From Octopus bimaculoides (Eukaryota): a stretch of 64,000 bases of DNA. A program made the translations under genes and the position numbers. Position 1 is the stretch's first letter. Every line of letters starts with the position of its first letter. Location of the stretch: the NCBI RefSeq assembly GCF_001194135.2, contig NC_068992.1, forward strand, positions 44,949,670 to 45,013,669. Direction: 5' to 3'. Shown in pieces: positions 40,877-53,074 of this stretch. The notes beneath the pieces were generated by a model that saw only the letters and a list, made by a program, of their open reading frames with translations, ran no database searches and was not told where the DNA came from.

Positions 40877-41439
40877 ATATATATATACACACACAGAGTA
40901 TGTTCATGTATGTACAATGTCCATGAGGGTGTAATATTACCCAGATAAAATATACACAAACTGTTGCAAACCATTGTATTTATTTACTGATACTCTTAAT
41001 GAGTTGGCTGCAAATTTGAAGATTTTGCCAGCAAATATTACTTGGCTATTCAAAGATGTACGATATAATGCTATGTATGCAAAGATTTGTGATATAATTC
41101 ACAAGAATTTATAAGTAGTTTTAGCTAATGTTTCAGTTTTAAAACTTCATCAGCTTTTATGAATTCCTAATATCTAAATTGAATTTCTTTAAAACGCATC
41201 AACTAACTCCCTGGCAATGAAATATGTATCAATTCTATCAGTGATTTTAATTCCACTTCCTAATGCTTACAAAAACTGATAAGCATCTTCTCCGAATTCT
41301 AATTGCCAATACTGTATATAGACATGGTCATGTATATGTGTGTGTGTGAGTGTGTGTGTGCGCGCGCGACTGTCTGCGTGTGTGCGTTTATTTGCGAGCG
41401 CACACGCGTGTATCTATCAATGTATGTATATACTCGTGT

Positions 41440-41558
41440 ATGTATGTGTCTATATATATGTGTGTGTTTGTGTATGTGTGTGTGTCTATATATATGTGTG
41501 TGTGTTTGTGTATGTGTGTGTGTTTGTGTATGTGTGTGTGTCTATATATATGTGTATG

Positions 41559-41652
<94 letters not shown>

Positions 41653-41670
41653 TGTTTGTATGTATGTAAG
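41440..41670. repeat. Compound (TG)n/(TC)n/(TA)n/(TATG)n microsatellite
   Basis: Direct inspection. Confidence 0.93.
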
Positions 41671-42138
41671 TATATATATCCGTATTGCTACGGGTAATGC
41701 GATTTAACACATCCTATATACATTACCGCCGAGGTGTCTTCTCATAATTTCCATACGTTTAATGAGAAGTTTTTTCTTTGCTCTCAAATAGCTACTCATA
41801 TCAGATTTTCTTTCAATGTTTTAATTACTTTACCTAAGATACTTTCATAATAAATATTTCAAAGTATACTTAATTAAAGCATTCTTATTAGAAGCAAAGT
41901 TGTAGGATCTCTTCCACGATGTCTACAATGTCCACAAAGTATAATGGTATTAATGAAGATTCCTCATTAAAAATTTTTGCATATTTCTTGACTGTAATGC
42001 GTATCTGTTTTTGTCTCAAACTGACCATCACTCTCTCTCCCTCTCTCTCTTTCTCTCTCTCTCTCACGTAGTTTATTTTCATAAGTGTATGTTTTTATAT
42101 GTATCTATGCTGAGCCAATATTACGAATTCATTCACCC

Positions 42139-42409
42139 GGGCATATGGCGTAGTGGTTAAGAGTGCGGGCTACTAACCCCAAGATTCCGAGTTCGATTTC
42201 AGGCAGTGACCTGAATAATAATAATACCATCGAAAAATACCTTAGGAATGAGAACCCAGGTTCGAAATTTCACCAAGACACCTGATGAAGGTTGGAGGGT
42301 ATATCAGCCGAAACGTTGTGTTAACAATAAACAAGATGAGAATAAATATCCGTCAAATGTAAATAATGTAAATAATGTACATAATTCCTCATCTCTTAAA
42401 TATAGAACT
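42139..42409 (+). mobile_element. Composite element: tRNA-derived SINE family C head + (AAT)n + Penelope-type tail containing a minimal hammerhead ribozyme
   Basis: A-box TGGCGTAGTGG (42146-42156), B-box GTTCGATTTC (42191-42200), hammerhead motif 42277-42322; the tail is also present alone at 38823-38975. Confidence 0.8.
42277..42322 (+). ncRNA. Minimal type I hammerhead ribozyme motif
   Basis: Stem I GACAC/GTGTT; core CTGATGA + extra A; stem II GGTTG/CAGCC; GAAA; palindromic ACGT stem III; GTT cleavage triplet (H17 = 42317). Confidence 0.7.
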
Positions 42410-45400
42410 TGATTGTTTAACACCAAAAATTATCTAGATATATTATTAGCAAACTCAATTGTCACCGGATTAAAGTCGAGGAAATATTTTAAGAAAAATA
42501 AAACCTGTCACAAAACTCTCTCAACTTCAGTAACAATAACTATGATGAACAGTTTTTATTCTCAAAGACAGTACGACGGTACGAAATGCTGATACGATAT
42601 TTGCAATGCAATGGTATCAAAAGTAGGAAGAATATAGCAGGATATCAGCAAATGTATATTTTGCCCCCGCTTAACCATTCCACGAGCTTCATGCCAAAGA
42701 CACGCATATAATTTCATCCATTGAACAAGTGAGACAAAGCCTGATAAAAAAGGAAGAATCTTTCGGGCACACTATATGTGGGAAAAAAAGGTAAAAAAAA
42801 AAAACAGGATTATTACATCAAAATAATTTCTTTATAATCAGTGTGCCATGTGAGGATTTATCTTGAATTAGGCATCAACAAAATAATTGCATAATGTGTT
42901 TTCTCATGGCATTGAATTGCTTCTGGACATGGTATCCAATGATACCAGTATTTCAGCCAATCAAGGCAAGGTTAATTTACTGGAATATCTATGTAACAGC
43001 GAGACAATGACGATGGTTGGCAGTTAACATTCAGTCATTTCTCTACTAGTCTTCACATCTATCGGTTACAGTTGTTCAATACATGTACATATTCAGCAAA
43101 GCACATTAAATATTGTCATTAAATATTGTGACTTTCGCGCATCCCTCAACGACTACGCATCTAGGGTTTCTTAATGTTCATACAGAGGAGAGAAAACGAA
43201 AGAGAAAGTCTACACCTCTTCATACAAACAGAAAGAATTAAAAAAAGAAATACTGTCTTCGCAATAGCAACTAATATAACGTAATTGTGCCAATATACAC
43301 TTCAAAAATTAACTATATTTATGTAGCATAGCTAGAAAGAGAGGCTAGGTCACGTGTGTAGATATAAATGTCTATAATTTTCCTAACTAAATCTCCTTTT
43401 CACTCTTAAAACGGATTTACAAAGTGAGTGGGTTCTTCGATTTACAAAGGAAATCTACAGCTGGCTGCCTTCCGTTCTCTTTTTCCTTTCTTTCCTTTTC
43501 TACTTTGTCAATATTTTCTTTCTCCTCTCCTTCTCCTTTTTCTCACTCCCTGCTCCCCCTCTCTCTCTCTGTATATATATATATATATATATCTTTCTGT
43601 CGCTGGACCAAACGATTTTCGCCCACCTTCACACTGCAAGAATATACAGCTAAAAGCCAAGGGCCTAATGTACACATACAAACACGTGCATATATATGTA
43701 TGTTTGCATACATGCACGTGTGTGTATATACATACATACATACATACATACAGATATATATATATATATANNNNNNNNNNNNNNNNNNNNNNNNNNNNNN
43801 NNNNNNNNNNNNNNNNNNNNNNNNNNNNNNNNNNNNNNNNNNNNNNNNNNNNNNNNNNNNNNNNNNNNNNNNNNNNTGTATGTATGTATGTACATTTTCA
43901 ACATCTGGGTATGTAAATGTGTGTATTAGAAACATTTTATCAAAACTACAGACAACTATTAAATGGTGATTACGTTTTTCTTTTATTAATTCTAAAATGT
44001 GCTTTACTGGATACAAATCATAGACTTAATTCTCTCGCCTTTCTCCCCTCAACTATCACCACCACCAACTCCTACATTTTCTTCCTTCTTCAAAATCTAG
44101 AAATTGTCTGTGCTAATAAACAGTGCGTATAGTTTTTTTAAATATGGTAGATGTAATTCTGACACCGCTTTTAACCTAATTCTTCGATATGTAAATGTCA
44201 GTTAGATTTATAACTACGTCAAATATTTTCCAAGAACTCTTTTTTCTTTCTTTCTTTCAATAAAATCTTAAAAGTTTGACATGTCATTGAAAAATATCTG
44301 ATCACAAGTTTGACTTTTTGAAATTGATAAATCCCGCATGGCTCTAGCTGAGAATTTCTTCCATATTCTTAATGCTGTCATCCACTTGAATATTCGGTTC
44401 CATGAAGATGGCTGTCAGTTTTTTACTATATATTCCTTGTTTGGAACAGAAATATGCTGTGTTGGGTTTTATCCCTCAAGCTCACATTAATCCTGTTACG
44501 CGTTCTCAATGAATATATTTTCTGTTTTATTTTTTATAATCATCGGTTTTATCATATCTTATTGTTATTTTATTATCCATTTCATTTACCAATGCGTTTT
44601 CCTTTTTTATCACAGTAGGATATTTTTTAAAGAAGTGATGGTTGCTAGCATTATCAGGTAGATTTAACGTGTTGTGGTGCTTTCGTGAGCATATATTATT
44701 TATGTTTTGACCAAATGACTACAGGTAGACAGAAATGGCAAAAATTGCAATAAAGGACGATTATATGTAAATTTTTCTCATCATATATTCTGTCACTAAA
44801 TCTCGTCAGGGTTGATTAGGTTTTCGTTTCTCTAGAGATCTAGCTCATGTTTATCAACTATTTCAATGTTTGTACACTTTGGCCCGACGAGTAGCTAGCG
44901 GATTAACCCTCGTTTAGGTAATTAGTACTTTCATATATATATATATATGAAAAAAGGTTTGGCAAAAAATGTCAGAAAGACAGGTCAGTTATTCCTCTGA
45001 ATTTTTTGTAAATTCTTCAATATTTCTCCTTCTGTGTATATATATACTACCAAACAAATATGATTCTTATTGAACTCATAATAATTTTACTCAAAATATT
45101 TTACAAGAATTTATCAAGTAGCTAGCGTGAAAAAAACTCATAAGGGAAAAATCATTTATTCCGCAAAATCTATTTATTTATATAAGGGCATTACTATACA
45201 TGAATGCCTCACGCTATGAGGGAACTCTAAAGTCAAAACTACCATAATAAAACACATTTTATTTTAAAACACAGCTTTGAGAGCTGCATTTCCTCGCGTT
45301 CGGTAAAAATGTGTTTTATTATGATAGTTTTGACCTTAGAGTTATTCTATTCTTCTTGAAATTCTCATATTGGAGAAGGTTCTTTTCCAGTAAGACGATT

Positions 45401-46629
45401 TAATTCAGATATGCGATTCAGAATGGCTTCATGGTAGAATAGAATAAATCCTTATTTTACCGTCTATTATCCGGGTTATACACTGAAAAATATTGACTTC
45501 GTAATTTGAGAATATGATGTCTTTGTTTCAAGTACCTTTAAAGAAATCTTCAAACAAATTCATTTGATTTAATCTAAAATGCTGTGAGTATTTGGTAAAC
45601 TACTAAATAGTTGGCTTTGTAACAGTTTGGCATCATTGATCTTTAGCAAACTATGCTATGAATTAAATATTCTGCCAATTAATATTAGTGTTAGACATTA
45701 AACTTATATTATTTCAATTAGTAACATTAAATAGTTATATTCGATCAGTTAACATTCCTTTGACGGGATTAAGTAACCTAGACTTGAAAAGTCAAAGGAC
45801 AGCCTACAGCTGTGCAAAATGCTGTAATTAAGCAGAATTACTAATTAATATGTAGAAATAGCAGTTAATTAGAATTTAATGTTTTTGTTGTTATCATGTT
45901 GTAATGTGTTCTAGACATTAATGTTATCTTAGAATTCTCGTTAAAACGTTTCTGTATTTTACAAAGCTTTATAATGGATAACTAATCCTTACAATAGCGT
46001 TGGCCTCTAACATCTGTAACAATCGATATGACTGCTGTAATATTAAAATGGATATTATCTATTGAATCGCAAATAATCCAGGCTGAGGTATATATTGAAA
46101 CATAGTATAATGATAGGTTGGCTCGTTTTCCTTCTTCGAGGACATTGTTGTCTTCCATATGCCAATAACTTTACAACTCTGAAAAAACTTTACACTAGAA
46201 CGTTATGTCTGGTTATAACCTTTTAAAAACAATTTTGATATGCTTAATTTCTCAACTCTGGCATTACTCAATTAACACAATTATCCGTCACAGATATTAA
46301 TATCTTTTTGAGGCAAAATGTATTGTATTGACTGCAAAATTTTGTTAACTTATTTGCTTTATTCGTCAAGTTGAAACAAACCACCCAATCATTTAAAGAA
46401 GAAGTCTGAAGCCACCTTTCTGCTAGTTCTTTGATACCACGCTGATAACAGTACTTTTCCTTCGAGGCGAAGAAACGTTTAGTGAATCCCCTATCTCGTC
46501 TTGGTTAAAGCGTCGCGATGCAGAAAAGGAGTTATGCATTGGAACAAATAAAAATCTGAGGGAGATACATTTCTGCAATCTTAATGTGCATATGTAGTGG
46601 CTAAGGAAGCACCGGCCTCGAGTATCTGT

Positions 46630-47050
46630 GGCCTCGAATTCAAGATAGTGTTGTGCATCTGGTGGAATAACAAGAGGAGTGTTCACTAGAAGTCCGAACT
46701 ACCGATGCCAACTTATACTTAGAACAGTTGCAGCGCATGTATGACATTGTGCGTTAAAAACGCCCGATATTTGTTAAGAGCTCTTTTGCAGCAAGACAAT
46801 GCAAGACCTTATACAGCTCGAACGATCCAGAATAACCTCCAGGATCTTGAGAGAATCGCACTGATGTTACACATTGCATATATTCCGGGTTTAGCTCTCA
46901 CGTATTATTATTTATTTTGTTCTTTGGTTCACTTTCTGCTCTCACGGTGCTTCATCAGCCAAGAAGAAGCGAAAGCTTCCGCGACGGTGTTCTTCGTCTC
47001 GAAAGACAACTACTATCAGTGTGGGATCACAGAACAATTCTTGCAGAATT
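46630..47050 (+). mobile_element. Decayed mariner (DD34D-type) transposase fragment
   Basis: KIVLCIWWN.., YLEQLQR.., LLQQDNARPYTA (cf. HDNARPH), AYIPGLALTYYYLF (cf. YSPDLAPSDYYLF), ..YYQCGI; contains stops. Confidence 0.85.
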
Positions 47051-47936
47051 TCTGTAGGGCAAGTAACCGTTCAAGAAATATAATCTTGCTCAGCTAGTTT
47101 TCATTACTGATTGCAGTTGTTTCCCTTCACTTTTGTGTTTAATATAGTATAGAAAGGCGTGAATTAGATAACACCCTTGGTGTGCATGCTATTCCCTGTG
47201 CACAGTGGCGGAGAACCAATTTGCAGTAGAAGACTATGAAATATCTTGTGTCACGCTACGTCTGTAATAAATTTCAATGGCATAAACCATTAATCAATCA
47301 TTAAATAAAAGAGACTTCTCTGTCTCATGGATGTTACATTAATAAAAATTAAATAAAATGTAAGCCAAAGACATTGTCCTTCAACGATGTATCAAAGAAT
47401 GAAATAATGAACAATTTGAAATTTTAAAAATAATTAAAAGTGTCTTCATGAGTAGCGCTTCAAATAGCCTTCATAGGAAAACACTTGAAAACTAATTAGG
47501 AATTAGCAAACATATTTTCAATATAAATGACATTTATACATACGTCACTTACTGGAGAAAGAGAAGAATCCGAAAATGCTTGTTAATATCTACTGAAATT
47601 CTATTGTAATATCAGACACTTTAATGAACATATTAATTTTGTAATTACTAATTAATTTGCAAATTATATGGCGTGACTTTGGTTTATAGCGGTAATAATT
47701 TATATCTGTATTGTTTTCAAAATATTTGGTTATTGTTTTATTATGCTACATTTTTTATTGCTTACACACTTACACACCTTTATTGAGTATTTCTGTTAGG
47801 CTTACACTCATTAATGCGGAAATTATCGAATTACTAATATATAATTGATAGTTCATTTTTGGTCTCAGTTTTTACATTGAATAATTGTCCATCGATTGCG
47901 GCAATTAATAACGAAATGATTATGTGAAAGATATTC

Positions 47937-47938
<2 letters not shown>

Positions 47939-47985
<47 letters not shown>

Positions 47986-47989
47986 GTAA

Positions 47990-48057
<68 letters not shown>

Positions 48058-48060
48058 ATA
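47939..48060. repeat. (AAT)n + (TAG)n compound microsatellite
   Basis: Direct inspection. Confidence 0.95.
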
Positions 48061-49084
48061 ATTTCTCTCGTATTAATATTTAGAGTTTGAATTCAGTCTC
48101 AGAGATTCTTTATCATATCTTCCGTCAAACTGTTAAGAGAAATATCCAGATGGAAACATTTGACTTCTCATATAAATTATTACTCCGTTACTTACATCTT
48201 ATGACCTGTTCTTTAAAAAGTCTTATCACAACTTTTGTTCAAAGTTTATAACATAGCTTACAGAGTAGCCCAAAGAAAGGTAAATAAAATTTACAAAGCA
48301 TTGATTATTTTAAGAATTAAAATCCATCCATCTATAACAACGTGTCTGGTGTTGGAGACATATTTCCTAGTAATTTTAGGGTACTGATTTCAAATATTGA
48401 ATCCATTTTGCTCCATCACGTTAATATTTTTCATACACGCAAATGTCCATTTTATGACATTTGTGATATTGCTACCATTTCTAAGAATAGACTTAGATTC
48501 ACTAAATGCAGACCTATGTATAGAGATTGACGTAACTTTGAAAACATCAAACTTGGGCAATTTTCACTATTTTCAATCGAACCGGTTTTAAATGCCACCA
48601 TGATGAGAGAAATGTCCTTCATAAAATGAAATATTAATAAACACATTTCTGGCGTCCTTGATAACATACATGTCTCATAATTGTGGAAATTCTCTGCAGA
48701 TATGCCCACCCTCTGCTTGATTTAGTGTGCTTATCATTGTAAACAAGGCAATGCATGTTTTGACGAACCTCTTATTACTTCTTATGAATATTCATATTTT
48801 GAATGCTCCCTTGATATTTTGACAGAGCTGGAGCGCCATCCACTAATGTAAAACCGTATCAATATGAATGTCCTTACAAGTTAAAGCCTTTTTGCTGCCA
48901 GGCCTTTTCCTGCAGGCACTTCATAACACTACGATGCGAAATTATGTTCATTGTCGCAAATAGTTATTTTGAAGTGTTATTTGAACAGATACATGTCAGT
49001 TTACCTGGAAATAGAAAAATGGTGTTATAAATAAGACGAGAAGAAATTAATGCATGCAAGATTTCAAAGCTCTAGCGTCACACC

Positions 49085-49121
<37 letters not shown>

Positions 49122-49131
49122 NNNNNNNNNN

Positions 49132-49173
<42 letters not shown>

Positions 49174-49262
49174 AAGTGTTGTATATATATATTAAAAAAT
49201 TAAAGGTAATGCTATGCAACTTCGTAATAATCCCTATTATTACTAATACTGTTTACATATAA

Positions 49263-49308
<46 letters not shown>

Positions 49309-49317
49309 ATATAATTA

Positions 49318-49370
49318 TTTTATTCTTTTATACGTTTCAGCCCCAAATCTGTGGCCCTGCTAGAGCAACA
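49318..49370 (-). mobile_element. Degenerate SINE family B tail
   Basis: TTCTTTTATACGTTTCAGCC..CTGTGGCCCTGCTAGAGC resembles the reverse-complement tail at 31255-31316. Confidence 0.4.
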
Positions 49371-49865
49371 CATGCGCGCGCGCACACACATGCACGAACA
49401 CACACACGCACAGGCTCGCACGTGCGAACATACACACAAACACACACACAGACACACACACACACACACACACAAACTCACAAACATATGTGGGCCAACC
49501 GAATGACGTCAGAGTTAGGAACCTGAAAACTACTGACATTAACCACAGAATCCACTTGATTCTATGATTCATATATAAACTAAATCCAGCGTGTACACTG
49601 TATGCAGGCGTCAAATATATCAATTAGATTTCGTGCCAATGTGTGAAAAAGGCGAAAGTTACGAGTACAAACTCCACGCGATATAAAATACATATCCTTA
49701 TACATTTCTTTGTCTAATCATCAACGGGATATTTATAAATAAAACAAAATCAATTTTTGTTTTGTGTTTTGTTTCCTGCTATCAGTCCTATTGATTTTAA
49801 TTAGAATTTATTGAAGTTCTGATTGCAGAGTCAGAAAGTCGCTAACGTAAGCATATTTGTTTACT

Positions 49866-49872
49866 TATAAAA
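49866..49872 (+). promoter_or_regulatory. Candidate TATA box of the protease gene
   Basis: TATAAAA 57 bp upstream of the ATG, implying a TSS near 49895 and a short 5' UTR. The sequence is AT-rich so chance occurrence is possible, and an upstream non-coding exon cannot be excluded. Confidence 0.45.
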
Positions 49873-49922
49873 TAGGTTGATGGTAAATACTGCAAGATTC
49901 ACGACTGAGTTTTCTTTGAATC

Positions 49923-49998
49923 ATGTTTAGCAGCTGCCAAACCATTTTGGTATTATTTATCATTATTCTTCCATCAATTCTTGGCCGTCATGCACACA
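49923..49998 (+). CDS. Protease exon 1: start codon and signal peptide (MFSSCQTILVLFIIILPSILGRHAH)
   Basis: ATG at 49923, hydrophobic core ILVLFIIIL, strong donor A|gtaagt at 49999. Phase 1 joins exon 2 in frame (A+AT = Asn, giving HNRK|IWNG). Confidence 0.85.
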
Positions 49999-50347
49999 GT
50001 AAGTTCCGTTTCTTACAGTTATTTTTACAATTCTAATTCTGTAATAACATCATCCCCTTCATCATCATCCACAAAAAACAAAAAACAATAACAACTGCAA
50101 CAACAGCATAAACAACAGCAACAACAACAACTACAAGAACAATAATAAAATAATAGTGATTTCAAATTTTGGTTTAAGGCCAGCCACTTCGGGGAAGGGA
50201 GTAAGTCGATGAAATCGATCAGGGTTCAACTGGCGGATTTGAACTCAGAACGTAAAGACGGACGAAATGCCGTTAAGCATTTTGTCCGGCGTGCGAGTTC
50301 GATACCATAATAATAACAATAACAATAACAACAACAACAACAGCAAC

Positions 50348-50410
<63 letters not shown>

Positions 50411-50964
50411 TAAAGTAGTAGTAGTAGTAGTACTGTGACTCGGACTTTCACGTTCCCGTTTATCGGAGAGTTTTAGAAATTTCTAACAGAACTGTCCGAT
50501 GAACGGGAACGTGAAACTCCGAGTAACAAATTTTTGCTATATTTCTACTGCTTTTAAATAAAGTATATATATATCTTAATGACTGACATGAGAGGCAGAC
50601 ATCTTACAGAAGCAGATATAGCCAGATCGTTGATGATTTCGCATTTTGATGCTTACTCATCTTAATGCTCATCGATGGCACTTACTGCGCCTAGGGTTAA
50701 ACTCAGCTCCCCTTGTCAGTTTATAGGATTTGCGTTAAAATCATACGCTGATCTTATAAACGGTAAAAGTGAAAATTATAAATAATATGGGTGGCTAATT
50801 CACAATTTTACAACCTTTTCAGTTATTAGGATAGTGCTTTCTACGGCTACTGAGTTGTTCTGACTCTCTTATTTCTAGCAATACTGGTGTTGATTAATGT
50901 CTTCTGTCACTTTAGTAACATATATATTTCTCCCTTTAGGTTGTAAAATTGCGAATTAGCCTCC

Positions 50965-51017
<53 letters not shown>

Positions 51018-53022
51018 ATTTCCGAGAATGAAAGTGATTCATTATATCAGTTCTAAAAAAGCGCAGCAACCTAGCATACACATCTTGTATTTGATGGAAA
51101 TATAAAATCTGCCATAGTCAACAAAACTCAATCCATCTTCACTTCAAACGTACCCTTTGGTTTCTGTCCAGTCAGTGAATAGTATCACAACTGCATCTTG
51201 TTAGGGGAATTAGAGAACTATGCGTTCCAATCATTTAATACTAACTACTAATTTTGATTTTTCGCTTTAAATCTTTGTCCGCTGCATTAACCACACACTG
51301 TGGAATGAATAAAGAATGACAAGCAATTTGATATTTACAAACCGTTCCTATTATACGGAGCAATTTAAATAGCATTTTGCTAATATTTTTAACGAATAAG
51401 TGTTAAGTGTAACACTTGGGACATTATACTTTGAAATGTAATTCCATTAACTATAGACGCGGTCGCCTTTCACTGAGATTTGTGGCATGAGTTAACCACA
51501 AAATGCTGTCACATGTAGTTGAGTCTGTTCATGAAACGATCACTGCGTATCAATCTGATTTGATTGATTTAGTTAAGAGAGGATATTAAATAGCGTCCAT
51601 ACGCATTGTTGATCTTCTGTGAATTGTGGTTACCTGTTGTTGTAGGAAGTCAGTATCGTTAATACCTTATTTGATACTGTAGTGTGACCAGTTTGTTGTA
51701 AATTGTGAGCAGCAGCAATGTAATTCTCAAACTATGTAGTTCAGATGAAAGACTAATCAATCAAGTGTTTAATGTAGAGTACATGTGATAAACGTTAAAT
51801 GGTCTAACAATAGTAAAGCGATATGATATAGACTTAGATATTTCCGATATAGAATAGAAAACACAGCAGACAGTGGAACAAACAGACTAGCCGTGTGTAT
51901 TTGTGATGACAGAATATTAGTCAGATGATGTTTGTTCCTTAGATGCACGGCTAGATATTGAATACATTGTATTTATTTCTCTATTGAACATATGTTAGAT
52001 GTTGTTGCTATTTCCTATGATGAATTGCAGTTTTCTTTTACATTGATTTTTTTATATGATACGTTACTATCAAGTGGAAACATGTCTATCAATTCTATAT
52101 CAGTACGATGTGTTGTCTAGTCGGCTTTCCACATTGCAGCCTGTATAAATTAATTGATCTCTATAGCGAATGTATTGCCATGAGCTAAAGCAGTCACCTA
52201 TGCGAACACACACACATACACACACGCGCACACTTACATATATGCAACGTACACATTAATTGTGTGTGTGTGTGTGTGTGTGTTTGTGTGCTTTTCTATG
52301 TGTGCGATTGCAAATTTGTGTCAAAAAACGCAATTATTGGTTGTAAAAGTAAGAATCATTACCTAATGAAAGACAAGATAAGCAATTATTGTCACGCTTC
52401 ACTTAGTTTATGTTCTTTCATGTAATTCAAGTTTTATGCACTATTTTCCATTATACTATGTTACAGATCGAAAGATTTGGAATGGTGTTCAAGCCCAGAA
52501 CTGCCAATTTCCTTGGTTGGCTGTATTGAATATAAAAACTGAAGAGAGTACCAGCTTGTGCGGAGGAACTATTATTGATTCCAAACATATTCTTACAGCA
52601 CAACACTGTTTGTAAGTAATAACGATTGTGTATTCTTCACTCTTCTGAAGCTGCAAATATAAATTCTTCATAACTAATCATAAAATATGGGTTATTTGTT
52701 TTTTGTTGTTGATTACTTTTCTATCTTTTAATTTTTCGACAAGAAATATTACTAGGCAAATTTTGCTAAAATATCTTTTATTTCCTGTGTAATATGTCTT
52801 ACAACTTCAATTTTAATGTGCTTCTTTCTTTCCATAATTTTTTGAGCAGTGGTTGGTGCCTTGCTTGCTCTATGTAATCACGCCTATCCATATATTTTCT
52901 AGCAACTTACATGAACTTTTCACCCCAATATTACACGTCCGCAAGAGATGGCATATACATGTACATCTATGACATATACGCATTTATATATATGTGTATG
53001 TATGTGTGTGAGTGTGTATACA

Positions 53023-53074
<52 letters not shown>

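Noticed and set aside
42139-42212. Possible genuine tRNA gene (ACT anticodon)
   Set aside because: Acceptor and anticodon stems do not pair properly, and diverged copies with the same non-tRNA 3' extension exist at 11362 and 23108, so it is a SINE head.
48340-48720. Overlapping ORFs and sequence reminiscent of a DNA transposon end (GGTACTGATTTCAAATATTG)
   Set aside because: No terminal inverted repeat pair or transposase motif could be identified.
49847-49875. Donor-like AAC|gtaagc and acceptor-like aatag| upstream of the ATG
   Set aside because: The implied intron is only 29 nt, too short to be credible without RNA evidence.
50860-50940. Hydrophobic stretch LTLLFLAILVLINVF as an alternative signal-peptide exon
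   Set aside because: In-frame TGA immediately upstream and no ATG; the exon at 49923-49998 has a start codon, a strong donor and the right phase.
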